From the NCBI RefSeq assembly GCF_964204645.1, contig NC_134032.1:13442275-13506274 (forward strand): a DNA stretch of 64,000 bases. Direction: 5' to 3'. Positions 25,412 to 41,894 of the stretch are shown piece by piece. The notes below the pieces were generated by a model. That model was not told where the DNA came from. It saw only the letters and a program-made list of their open reading frames with translations, and did no database searches. Every line of letters begins with the position of its first letter. Within the stretch, counting starts at the first letter, position 1. The DNA is from Tubulanus polymorphus. Its lineage: Eukaryota; Animalia; Nemertea. The translations under genes and the position numbers were made by a program.

Positions 25412-28400
25412 GGAGGGACTCCTCGGTAAACTGAATGGAGGAAGAACTTTGAAAAGATGCCAACAGCAGGGGAGACGCGTTGGAATTATAAAGGGCTATA
25501 GATCATAGCTGGAGTTCTCGGTAGACAGTCTGTAGAGTCAGGAGATGATTTATATACTCAACAGACAAAAACAACCCCAGCAGACAATTCATCATCGCTA
25601 ACCAAACCAGACAGTGATTAATGGTCGGTTCTCACTATACACCGTACAGTCTTACCGAGTTCTTATTCTTTCACAAAGTTTGTTCAGATCGAGCGCAAAT
25701 ATTTATGTAAAATGACTAGCACAAATATTCGCATAAAACCAACGCATAAGAAATAAGATCGTTCTTTACCAGATTAGACTAAAACTCTGTTGTGTGACTA
25801 GGAGTCCTAAGAGAGTCTAGTGTATTTCATTTTCAGCCTGGTTTAGGGTAGGATTTCACCAGTCTCAACTTCACAGCAGTAAGAGACTGAGTCTACTGTA
25901 CGTCATGAATTCTTGCTCAGTATTTGACACCAACTCTTTACCGCAGTAAGAGATAGAATCTATAGTAATTTCTCAAACTCTTACTTAGTATTTTAACATC
26001 AACTCGGGGTAGAATTTACCTGTCTCACCTCAACCGCGGTAAGAGACAAGAGTCTACTGTATTTCACAAACTCTTACTCAGTATTTGACACCAACCCGCG
26101 GTAGAATTTCCCCAGTCTCAACTTAACCCTGAGTAAGAGACAGAGTCTACTGTATTTCTCAACTCTTTCTCAGTATTTCAACACCAATTCGGGGTAGAAT
26201 TTACCTATCTCACCTTGACCGCAGTAAGAGACAGAGTCTACTATTTCACAAATTCTTACTCAGTATTTGACACCGACTCAGGATAGAATTTCCCACTCTT
26301 TTCCGAGTAAGATGCACAGTCTACTAACTGGCCAAACTCTGGGTTAGAAGTATAAGTCTCGACTTAACCGCAGCTTGAAGTATAAATCATTTGTCAAATG
26401 TTTATTCCAAGGCTGCAGTAAGAGAATGGCGGAGTCTATACTGTACTTTCATTTCCCTCGCTGATGAATTACGTGAACAGTTACTCCTTCAAAATGTCGG
26501 TTCCACCCCCTGTCACAAATTAAACTCGCCGTCAAAACAACCGACAGATCAAGTCAACACAAATCATAGAACTCGCCCTCGTCGCCCCGCGGGAGGGATG
26601 GTGTGGTATATGATATACAGGCCTCTCAATAGCCCCTGACATATTTATAGCCCGTACAGACAGCTATAAATTCACACATACCCAACACCGGCGTTCATAA
26701 ATCCACTTAATAAAGAGTTGGAGAAGATTTACAACTGACACGGAAATCACTTCTCAATCAGCAACGAGAGGCACCTACTCTATACACTGTGATTTATAGC
26801 GAATTTGATTTATCAACATGCCGCCGCTGTTCGTTTGGTCGTCCTAAAAACCCACAAATGATTGTAGTAGTTAAAGTTACAGAAATATCTACAAACAAAA
26901 TTCCTAAGAGTCGTGAGTCCATGATTCAACTGATGATCATCCTAGACCCAGGACGCAGTGGTCCTCTATTTTGGGTAGAATTAATTTTACGGCAACAGCA
27001 ACAGCTGTACGTGCGAATTAACCTGCAGTGGGTTTGGGGGTCCTACATTCAGAAAATTTTGAATATTTAGCGTTTCTTCAAATGTATTTTAGGTCAATGT
27101 TAGCGAATATTTCATATAGGCCTAAAGAACTCAGGATCGTGCAGGGAGGTTTGCTCACCCCTGATCCCCGGTTATGGGCCCGACTTATAATATCTCTGTA
27201 CTTCCGTTTCCGATTTCAAACCCTGTGTTTTGTTCCCGGTAGGTGTCACTGCGCTGGGGTTTGTAGGAGACACCGAATCAAAACATCTACCAATCAAATA
27301 AATAAGGGAAACATCCGTAACAATTTTAGCTAAACCCATTTCTGAAATTTAATTCATTTCATCTAGCAATCCGACCGGGAGTTACCCGGCTGATGGGTGC
27401 AGGGCTACCCATCCTCCCCCGGCAGGGATTCGAACCTGATGGCATCGAGATTGCCACGGCACGAAACCCTGCCATAATCGACTGTGTGCGCAGATACATG
27501 TGCAGTTCAGATGATGTGATTTTTAGCCAATCAGAAATCCCGTTTTATTTTATCCCGGGTTTTCCCATTTATAGTTCTTCCTTGAAATTTGCCTCAACGA
27601 TTATACAACGAGCAATCTGATTGGTGCCGCCAGTTTTCGTTCGGAAAGCTGCGCATGTACTTGCGCACCCGGTCTACTGATGCAGGGGTTCGTGCCGTGG
27701 CTGAGTGTAGAGATGCCATCAGGTTCGAGTCCCTGTAGAGGGAGGATGGGAGCTACCCAACTGATGGGTATATTTTGAAGCTGGGCTTTGCAACAGTCTG
27801 AATTGGAATGGAAGTAAAAACTTAGATTCAGAACTCATTACAGCCAGATTTCAGAGCAGCTTATTTCTCTCCTGCATCATTTCAAAGAACTCTTTTTTTT
27901 TCTAGAGCAATAATTAAGCCATGACATCGCGATTAAATTTAAGAAAAAAAAACAAACCCTTTAAATTTTTTGATTACGTTGTAAACGATTTAAATCCGCT
28001 ACAAATTTTTTGCGGAAGCAATTTCTGTGTCGATAATCAGTTCAAAAACTACTTTTCAGAACTTTCAAAAGAAAGCACTTTTCAGTACACGGAAGAGAGG
28101 TCTATTCTTATTCCTTATCTTATTTCAGCAGCTCGAGAGCCTGTCTGGAGCTGAACTCTTTTGACGTTGATATGTATATAATTTGAAAGCGGTGTACAAG
28201 ACACAAGTACTTGCGCGGCGCGGGTACTTGAAAATATCACTGACTGACTGATCGGACACTCGATCAGCCCCGGGCTTCGAACTAAACAACCACTCGAAAT
28301 ATCATCGTTCCTACGTCAGACCAGTTCCTGTAGGCCTGATATAGGGTGTAATTCTACCCACGGCCAAGATAACACCGATGATTGACACATTCACTTCACT

Positions 28401-30156
28401 ATGTGATGTACTTGAAATTACGAAGAGATATTTTAGAAAGGTTATATTTGACTCTACAAGATTTCATAGGCGTTCCCAAGGAGGGTGCGAGGGAGGGGGG
28501 TTGGGTAGCGGACGCACCCCCATTTCGAGATAGCTAACTTCTCAAGATACTATGTAATCAATGTTCAAGGTTTTTCTTGCCAATTTGACTAGACTTTTAA
28601 CTCTAAATGATTCGTTTAGAGCCTGGAAAACGTCTCTAGCTAAAGTCTCCAATTTTCACACAAAGTTTTTTGGGGGAGGCCCACCAAACACCCTGCATTG
28701 TGGATAGGCCTACTTGATTGATGCTTATTCAAACCCCCTATGGAAATTCCTGGGGACACCTATGGATTTCACTGTTTTTCAGGATCAGAGAACCCAATAG
28801 CCTTAAAGCCTAGCTTACATCGATGGATAAAGTAACTGGAGACAGATGTGAGGCAGTTTTCGGTGGTATTGGTTTGTAGACACACGCTGTGGATCAGGCA
28901 CAAGCCATGCAGTTGCTGGTTTTTCTTTTCAATGTGCATGGGGTACTCACTCACTAGCAACTGGATATGATCAGCTGCTGTTCCGATGTAGGCCTAGACA
29001 CTAGGCTACAAACCCACCACACCTGCCATGGGAGGAAAACAGGGGGTTCTTTCCGCAGATTTTAGGGACAACAATGAATACATTGACTTTTTCACATAAC
29101 TGTACATGGCCTAATGACTGGAAAGACCCGAAGTATAATGGATAAATGATTGAGGAATTTGTGTTGATCTTAGATAAGCACGAACCAAACCCGACAATAT
29201 CAAACCTGTCTTACCACTTATCACTGCATATTATATCATATAAGCTTAATAGGTTTAGACAATTACTAATCTCTAATATGTTTCCTGATGATAAAATAGT
29301 GCAGACTTTTCCCACTAACTGTAAAACGATCTGCCTGAGGCCTATGGACAAAAATATATTTTGCTCGAGTTTATAGAATTCTTACAGGATGACATTAGGT
29401 CTGTATGGGGACCCAGAGAATATAATTCCTTCAAGTTCTCCTGAGCATAGAACTCAAATCAAATTTGATTTGAGTTTTATGTCCTGAGCAAGCTTTGTGT
29501 TTCTAAGGAATTTCTTCAGCAAAATTATGATTAGGCCTATAGGCCTTCTCATTGACATTGTCGATGAATTCAACGATTCAGTTAAAATTATAATTAGTTA
29601 TTTTCAATAACATTTTCATTCTCAATTACTGCAACAGGTGAGAAGATTTATTTACAGGGTTTAGCATGAATAACAATTTACATATTAACTATTTATTTGA
29701 CCATGATTTGATGCATAAGCTTTCCCTACTAATGTAGGCCTATAGAAGCTTCATCAGGTGAATCAACAAGTGAATTAAATGATGACCTGACGACTTCAAG
29801 GATTCAGTTAAAGTTCATTAGTTTACTTTTAAAAACCTTCTCATTCTCGATATGACTTCACTGATTTGGCTAAATTATGATTACAGATAACCTAATGACA
29901 TTTTCATTCGCAATGAATATTTGGATTAGTTGACAAACTTCACAGTTTCGATCACTTCAACGATTTATTATTTAAATTGCAAAATTTGTCGAGCAAGTAG
30001 GCCTACATACCTCACAACTATATTGTTGGCATCATTTTGAAGAAGAGCGGAATTCACCATTATAACATCCAACGACAAAAACACGAACAGTGAAACTACC
30101 AACAAAGTCAAACCGTACAAACCATTATCCCATCTAGTTGCCGTTATAACCATCAT
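20856..30156 (-). CDS. Type II membrane (Golgi) sulfotransferase-family protein, two coding exons (30011-30156 and 20856-21936)
   Basis: Exon 1 encodes a TM anchor (GLTLLVVSLFVFLSL) and ends in phase 2 (AG|gtatgt). Exon 2 starts in phase 2 (ccag|G TCA). It has a 5'-PSB-like FLHHPRAAG, a 3'-PB LRDPFDRAVSSY, FAVVGIYERFDES and ADFAIY. The exon join is inferred from phase. Confidence 0.78.
24624..24712. repeat. 30-bp tandem repeat x3
   Basis: cgtcaagggtggacacgtcaagcaggcacc. Confidence 0.9.
25067..25266. repeat. 40-bp tandem repeat x5
   Basis: cagattacaaactctctaccggccgcttctatcaggttta. Confidence 0.9.
25850..26330. repeat. ~92-bp minisatellite; same family at ~51340-51930
   Basis: Repeating agtaagagacagagtctactgtatttcacaaactcttactcagtatttgacacc. 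Confidence 0.8.
27410..27748. mobile_element. TIR element (second copy ~47464-47790; remnants ~49255-49450)
   Basis: TIRs catcctccc..gggattcgaacctgatggcatc / gatgccatcaggttcgagtccc..gggaggatg. The internal sequence is near-identical between the two copies. Confidence 0.8.
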
Positions 30157-31916
30157 TGCGTTAAATCCATTTTCGGCCGGAATTACGAATCATTTCATCA
30201 GCGAAATTCCTCCTGAGACCGAGAGGAGAGGGACGAAGAGAAAACACGACCAAATTCCTTCCTTATTTTTTATATCGGCGTGTTTCGACCGGGTTTTTCT
30301 ATTGTATTTGCTCTCGGAAAATTGTCGAAATCGAACTATCGGTGAAATGTCATGTTCCTATTCGATATAAATCCCTTTATATATCTCCAAATATCTTAAT
30401 TTCTGATATTTTATCGGAGGCTATACAACCGACCGCCTCAACGACTAATATTATTGACTCTGAGTCTGTGTATATAAATCGAACGTGGGACGGTCTATTC
30501 ACATTCTCAGAGGTAAAGCAGGTAGGTCAGTTGGCAATCAAAACCTCTGGCAAGCGAGGATGTGCGGGTGTCCCGGGCTCGAATCCATTAAATACTGGAT
30601 ACTGCCGGCCGATAGGGCGGATACTGGGTCACGGCACGTGCGACCACTCTAATAAATTGGTTCTATTGTCCTTATAAAAATGAATATATATGCAAAAATA
30701 CCGTCATCCACTGTACACCACCCGAAAAAAGTCTGGATGATGTCTGAAATTCATCTCCGTAGTGTTGTCATAGAATATGACATTTCTGCGCCGTTGACGT
30801 TTGGAAAAAGTCGTTACACTTCAACATAAGCACATCCAGTAGCAAAGTGTATTAAAAAAATCACGCATGACGTAAATGAATTCACCAAATAGATAGAACT
30901 GGTGTTCAGCAATAGCACAAGTATTTCCATTTCTGCTAAAAGAGTTCATAGAATACAAATAATATGCTTGTATGTAGTCGTGGAGTAATAATCAAGTAAT
31001 ATCGAATTTGAATTGCATTAAATTCGACCTTCGAAAAGATGAAATTCCGGCAGCGATGATGTAGAAAGATTCCTCTATTTAAGTGACGTCACTTCTATTT
31101 GTGGCTCACGTCTCTACTGGTGGAATATATACGGTTTTACAAGAAGTTTAATGCAGAAGCGTGTGTTGCGAATAATGGCAATCCAGAATTTTGAACGCGG
31201 GCATTGGCTACTACTAAGCGCAACAGGCAATAACCGCAGGCGCTGATTGGTACGGAATGTTTTACAACCACGAATACTCATGAACAATATTTTGTGAATC
31301 TAGAAGCATCAACAATAATATCGTTGAAATAAAGACACCTGTTGCTTGAATGTCTAATTCCAGTTTATGTATTCTGCTAGCGTATTATAGACAGCTAAGT
31401 GCTGCCCCTATATACATCATTAGCGGTGAAAACGGGAACTAACCAAACTCCGCAATATTCCTTCTGTGGCAATCAAGTTCTCACGGCAACAATATCTTTG
31501 GGGGCAGCACTTGACGGGAGGTTCGCGCAGGTAGAAATTCCTACTGTGGCATCCTCGGTTACCAGGGGTCCGGTATTGCGTGCACCACCAGTTCGGGGAA
31601 ACGGCTTTTGCTAAGTTAGTTCGAATCCCGATGAATATATCGTTAGGACTGCCTTATTCGATTAAAAACAAAGGACTTTGAAGGGACGACAGTGAGTAAT
31701 CATTTGGATAAGCCACAATAATGCCGACCTTATGAAATTTTCGTGTACACGTACGAGTCTCCAGGTCTACTAAAACACGCCAGAAATACGCATACATATG
31801 TATTTTACACCAAAACTAAAACCAAACGACTAGCCTCTCAACAGAAATAACACAAGAACCAGTTATGAATTTACACATTTTTTTTTTATTTTCCGATATC
31901 TTGTATAAGACTATAT

Positions 31917-35708
<3,792 letters not shown>

Positions 35709-35719
35709 ATTGAAAACCC

Positions 35720-35733
35720 GGAAAAGGAAGAGT
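35720..35733 (-). promoter_or_regulatory. TCT initiator / 5'TOP motif of RPL11
   Basis: Minus strand reads CTCTTCCTTTTCC just upstream of the ATG, typical of ribosomal protein genes. Confidence 0.8.
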
Positions 35734-36245
35734 GCGGCCGGGGATTGTGGGAAAGGGGAAACGCTAACTCGCGGATTTGGATTATTTTCAGCTTGACGAT
35801 ATCGCGTTCGAACCCCGAATTTACGTATTTCAGCAAATGTTAACTCAACATTATTCTCAGACTCGAATTTATTCTCAAACCTAACGTTTTTTTGGTTTTC
35901 AAAAGCAAATTTTTGATTGAAGCTCGAACTGAACAAACTCACAACAGTTTCGAAGTCCCTAGTTGAATTATCTCGACAAACGAATGTGATACAGAAGAAC
36001 TATGTAAAATAATGATAAAATCATCAATTATTTTTCTCAATTAGTATTTATTTTATTGTGACGATAGTCTCTCTTTTACAAACTGTTACAAAAGATTATT
36101 TAATCATTAAACGTGAATTATTTCGATGAAGTATCATCTGCAGTTCTGGACGGAGTCAGAGATTCCAGTTAATTGAAAAGTAAGTCGATCAGTCAATTGG
36201 TCGACAGGTCGATCCATCAGTCAGTCAACAGGTGGATACGTCAGT

Positions 36246-39200
36246 CTATAGAATCAGTTGATTAGTGCTGTCCTCTGGTGGTGATCGTTGTTTTAACATG
36301 TTGTCCAACTGATTCTCGTCAGCGAGTTGTTTAAAATGCTGCAAACAAAACCATAAACCAAATTTACGGGAAAACATCTCGACAAATTGATTTCAAGATC
36401 TATGCAGATGTGGTATCAATCCGCTGCCTGAAGGGGCAGGGGAACAGGCAAAAGTCTGTCCGATGAAGGTGGGTGGTTCCAGGTGGAGGTCATAGTTCCA
36501 GGCTGAAGGATGTTTGTGGTGGTTAGTTAACAAATCGTTGGTGGTAAGCTTTTATAATCAGATTGGCTTATACCAGTGGTTTGTGAAAATAATCAATTGT
36601 CATGAAACTAAACCACAGACAGGTTACTGACTAGGTTTATGGCAGAAGGTATGGTCCCAGACTCCAGATGATCTGCTGAAGGTGGTTCAAGGCCGAGAGA
36701 CTGATCAGAATCCCACATAACTGGATGGGCTGTTTGTGAAAATATCGCTTAATTTCCAAACTATTTCCGGAATATAGTTCTAACCAACTGAAATTCGGTT
36801 TCACTTAGTTCGACTATAGTCGACTAACTCAGATAATCGAAGCTGGCCCAGGCTGAGGGAAAGGTTCCAAGCAGAGTGGTTCCAAGCCGGAGCATGGTTC
36901 CACGCTGCAAATCGAATAGGAGAAAGCTACAAACCTGAGAATTCTTGAATTCTGAATACAATGTAAATAGAACGTGCAGAGACTGAATGTTGGATTTATA
37001 AATCGGAATATCCAAAATACCTGCAACAAAAAACACCATAGAAAATAGGTTAATTCTCATGTTAGGGAAGGGACACTGGGGGGAGGTGGCGTGAGAGACT
37101 ACAGTACTTACCACAAATCAGTTCAACGTATGTATTCAGATCACAATCTAGATCAGCAGTAGGTAAACTAACTTCTTTTAGTAGTTCTTCAAACTCGGCC
37201 GGCCACTCCTGCATCAGCGAGTCTATATCGGGCATATTCCTGTGAAATATAGAGAACACAGCTTCAGTGAGGGGAGAACGAAATCACTCGTACAGTAAAC
37301 CTCACCTTATTTGCGACACGACCAACTCGGACTTTTGTTTTTTTTTTTCATTAACTAGGACGAAATCGAAATCATTTTTCTGACTTCCTAATGTATTTTC
37401 CTATCCTTAACTCGGACTTTGCTTACCTTGGAAGTCCCCTAACTCGGACCAATTTTGCCGGTCCCAGTTAGTGAGTATTTTCCTAGTTAGGCAAGGCTTA
37501 CCAGGGTCCGATCTAAGCACTTGTCCAATTGCCCGGGACAAGTATATTCTCATCAGGGCCAGTAGGTTATCATTATCACTTGTCTGCCGGGCTAGTGCAA
37601 TTTTATGTCACAAAGCTTTTTTCCCACTCGATACAACGGATGATAGTGCCACCAATTGGACTGCCCGTGAAGGGCAAGTAGCTTTGGAGGGCAAGCAAAA
37701 TTTCAGATATGCTTGCCCCCCGGGTAAGTGGCTTTCATTCCTTAGATCGGACCCTGCTTACTGTATAACGTACAAAGGGCATAGTCTAGAGCGCGGGTGA
37801 ACTTACTTGGTATAATGTACATTAGGGGGAGGTTTTGAGCGATGTATTTCGCTGATGCTTTCGATCCAGTTTTCAATCGCTTTCGGAGTTTTTTCTGCAT
37901 TTTCGACACTTTTAACTACCTGCATTAATACAATCGGTCAGTGAAGATGAGGACAGTAATGACAGTGAGGATGAGAGTTGATGAGGATTTGATCCGAGAT
38001 ACTCACGACCGCTGAAGTATTCGTTTGTCTAGAAATAGATCGTAGTTTTAAATCTAAAACTGTTGGATCGGATTGTTTCGCGCACGGCTCGTCAAGAACT
38101 GTTAATCCTATAGTATCAGGTTTACTATCCGGTCGAGGCACCTGTAATTACAATAATCGATATATCAGTGATAAGTACAATGATAGAATCGATTAATTAG
38201 TGTTATATCAACGATATAAAGGACTGATAAGTGATATATCAATGATATAACATACTCAAGTGATATATCAATGATATAACAGATTAATTGATAAGTGATA
38301 CATCAATGATATAAAGGATTGATAAGTGATATGACAGATTCACTGAAATGTGAGTGATATATCAATGATATAACATACTCAAGTGATACCAGATTCATTG
38401 ATAAGTGATTTTTATCAATGATATTACAGATTGATAAGTGATATATCAATGATATAACAGATTGATAAGTGATATATCAATGATATAACAGATTCATTGA
38501 TAAGTGATTATCAAAATGATATAACAAATTGATAAATCACTTATCAATGGTTCACCAAGAATCTTAGTGTCTGATGTACACTAGGATCGTAGAGCGACGG
38601 AGATCACTAGTGGAGACAACCACTGCCAGTGCTGGGTGAAATCAATTGATGATATGACAGATTGATAAGTGATATGATACATCAATGCGAGACGATATTC
38701 ACCTTGATAAAAGCATCGATATCTCCGACTGCCGGAATAAAATCAGGTATAAACGGTTTGAGTTTGTGTTCCAATTCAATAGCTTGAGGTGTATACCTAC
38801 AATATATAAACCCGCACACATAGACAGCTTAATCATTGAGCGTCGGAGTGAAGGACGACCGGTGATATGTTAACTACTTACCTCGTAATATATTGAAATA
38901 ATTCTTTAATTTCGGACGAAACTGGAAGATTTTCGTAATCAGCCGGGTCATAAGCGCTATAAGAAACACAACAATACGGAACGTTATTTTTTTAAATTGC
39001 TTAAATTTTAACGGATTTCGTGATAATATGAGAACCACGCGTGACGAATCAGGGAGTTCGTGACCAGAGACTCATGATGATATCTTTCTAATATTTACCC
39101 TTCTAAAGCGACGCCGTGTTCATCCTCGTCATCGTCATCATCATCGTCCTCCTCGCCGCTACTCTCCTCTTCAGTTCCGTCATCATCTTCGTCAGTGAAT

Positions 39201-41894
39201 TGCGATGCCGATTGTTGTTTGTGTTGGCCGCCGGGACGACCGGCTGATTTTTGACGAGGTTCCGGTCCCGGTTGGTGTTGTTGTAATCCGGATTCGATTA
39301 TATCATCGTCATCCGATTGTTCGCTCATCTTCGATTGAGGAGGTGTATCACCGGTGGCGCCCCCTCGTGACCGACCTGCCGCTCCTGCTGCTGGTACTCG
39401 AGGTGTCGGTGTATAAGTACTGGCGACCTCTTCGGCGTCTCCCACCTCTAGTGACTCGTCGTACGGTTGATTTTGATGGATTCGAGCCTGAAAAATATCA
39501 ACAAAACAATCAACAACTATTTTGCTGTGAGCCATTTAGCCTACTATCTACCCTATTGATACTCTCCTGTGAGCTGTCTACCTCCTTATGACAGTCTACC
39601 TCCCTATGAGCTGTCTACCCTGTCTAGTGTAACTCCTTGTGTGCTGCTTGCTACTGTCTACCTTTCTGTGAGCTGTCTACCTCCCTATGAGCTGTCTACC
39701 CTGTCTAGCATACCTACCAGTTGAGCTGTCTTCCCCTCTGTGAGCTGTTTACATTCCCGGAGATGTCTTTCCAAGTGTTTGCTGCAGACAGTGTATACAG
39801 CAGTGTCCACTATCCCATGTTGTCTATTCTAGTGCGAGCTATCTATCCACTACCTTACTGTCTACCCTCCGGTGAGCTGTCTATCCACTACCTTACTGTC
39901 TACCCTCCGGTGAGCTGTCTATTCTGCTAATCGACTGTGCGTTATACTTGCCCAGCTGTCTGCACGATTGGTAAGTTTTTTATGTCCAGTAACGCTAGCA
40001 GTTTCAATACTACAAACGGACATTCTACGAACCATCATCAATTCACGGCGCTACAAATCAACCAATCAAATCATAGCAATCAAACAAATCAACCAATCAA
40101 ATCAGAGGAGACAATCGAATTCAGTCCGGTAAGAATATTCTGTCGTCTTCGTTAAACACAAAAAATTTCAAATTTTCAAATCGCTATTTATCGGTACAAC
40201 TAGCATAGGTGACAGTGATGGTACCTTCTAATATTAGCTAGTGGGGTCTGTGATCCTGAGTGGGTACCCTCTAAATGCTATGTTTCTGCAATCCTGGGTG
40301 TCTATACCCTTTAACAACTAGGGTCTGTGATCCCGAGTACGTAATCGCTAGCCAGGCATCTAGGTCGTGTCTGCGATCCTTGGTCAGTACCCTCTAACTG
40401 CTAAGGTCTATTATCCCGAGTGGACACTCTCTAATTTCTAGGTGTCTGTTATCCTCAGTGAGCACCCTATAACAGCTAGGGTCTGTAGTGATCCTGGGTC
40501 AGTACCCTCTAACTGCTAAGGTCTGTTACCCTGAGTGGGCACTCTCTAATTGCTAGGTGTCTGTTATCCTCAGTGAGCACCCTATAACAGCTAGGGTCTG
40601 TAGTGATCCTGGGTCAGTACCCTCTAACTGCTAGGGTCTGTTATCATGAGTGGGCACTCTCTAATTGCTAGGTGTCTGTTATCCTCAGTGAGCACCCTAT
40701 AACAGCAAGGGTCTGTAATGATCCTGGGTCAGTACCCTCTAACTGCTAAGGTCTATTATCCTGAGTGGGCACTCTCTAATTGCTAGGTGTCTGTTATCCT
40801 CAGTGAGGACCCTATAACAGCTAGGGTCTGTAGTGATCCTTGGTCAGTACCCTCTAACTGCTAGGGTCTGTTATCCTGAGTGGGCACTCTCTAATTGCTA
40901 GGTGTCTGTTATCCTCAGTGAGCACCCTATAACAGCTAGGGTCTGTAGTGATCCTGGGTCAGTACCCTCTAACTGCTAGGGTCTGTTATCCTGAGTGGGC
41001 ACTCTCTAATTGCTAGGTGTCTGTTATCCTCAGTGAGCACCCTATAACAGCTAGGGTCTGTAGTGATCCTGGGTCAGTACCCTCTAACTGCTAGGGTCTG
41101 TTATCCTGGATACCCTTGGGACGGTCTACTGGAAGTGTTTTCACATTCTCAACTACTCTACTACAGGTGAAATCGATCGTTTTTTAGTTCCATCTTACGT
41201 CTACAGGTGGCGCAGCAGCTGCTTGTTTATTTCTCGTGTATAAATTCTCGAACTCTTCGATGATCGGAAGCGGCCCTCGCGCAGCGATATTCAACTGGAA
41301 TTCCGTCTCGTTCACTTCCCAGTCGCTGTCATCGGCGGCTTCCTCCTCCATCTGAGCGATCCATTCACTTGGTAATCCTTCCTCATCTCTTTCATCATCA
41401 TCATCATCATCACCAGCGATTCCTGCATCGGCCTCGGATGAAGCAGCAGCAGTAGCAGCAGCAGCTGATGATGATGATGACGAGGAACGGTTTCTAGGAA
41501 ACCGTTCCCGTGTCTGTTGTTGTCGTTGCATGGACCCGACCTAAAAATTCCATCTAATCTTTTTTCACAACAATGTCAATACAGACCTCGCTTGCCAGGG
41601 TTCAGTTGTCGCCGGCCGAGCTCACGCCAACACTAACTCACATCCATAGAAACTAGACTGCATCAACTCCCCCCCCCCCCCCCCGACTTGTCAGCCAGTT
41701 GACAGAGTCGAGACTCATCACTCAAGTCAGTCAATGTAGATTTAAAAAAAAGTTTAAACAATGATAAGGAGCTTAACCGGGTTACTACTGCAACAATTCT
41801 ATATACAAGGCCTAGCTTATCAGAAACAGTTTTACTCAAACGAAGCGGTTATTACGTTAGTTTGATCTTCTTCACTGTCAGAATTATTGTCCAT
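36246..41894 (-). CDS. IFT46: Intraflagellar transport protein 46
   Basis: Exons: 41856-41894 (MDNNSDSEEDQTN); 41199-41540 (cassette); ~39099-39488 (..EHGVALEG); ~38881-38956 (AYDPADYENLPVSSEIKELFQYITR); ~38704-38796 (YTPQAIELEHKLKPFIPDFIPAVGDIDAFIK); ~38006-38141; ~37807-37919; ~37112-37240; ~36935-37021; 36246-36338. Confidence 0.95.
37502..37756. mobile_element. Short TIR element (hAT-like ends)
   Basis: cagggtccgatctaag / cttagatcggaccctg. A solo right end is also present at ~10158-10185. Confidence 0.65.
38195..38680. repeat. AT-rich ~30-35-bp minisatellite
   Basis: gattgataagtgatatatcaatgatataaca is repeated. Confidence 0.85.
40240..41110. repeat. 115-bp higher-order tandem repeat built from three ~38-bp monomers
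   Basis: ctagggtctgttatcctgagtggg occurs at 40861 and 40976. There are about 6 units, which degenerate toward the left. Confidence 0.9.

Noticed and set aside
31395-31635. GC-rich segment with short resemblances to U2 snRNA, an HDV ribozyme and a B-box
   Set aside because: Matches are about 10 nt and out of order, and the required pairings fail. The aagtgctgcccc/ggggcagcactt inverted repeat suggests a transposon remnant.
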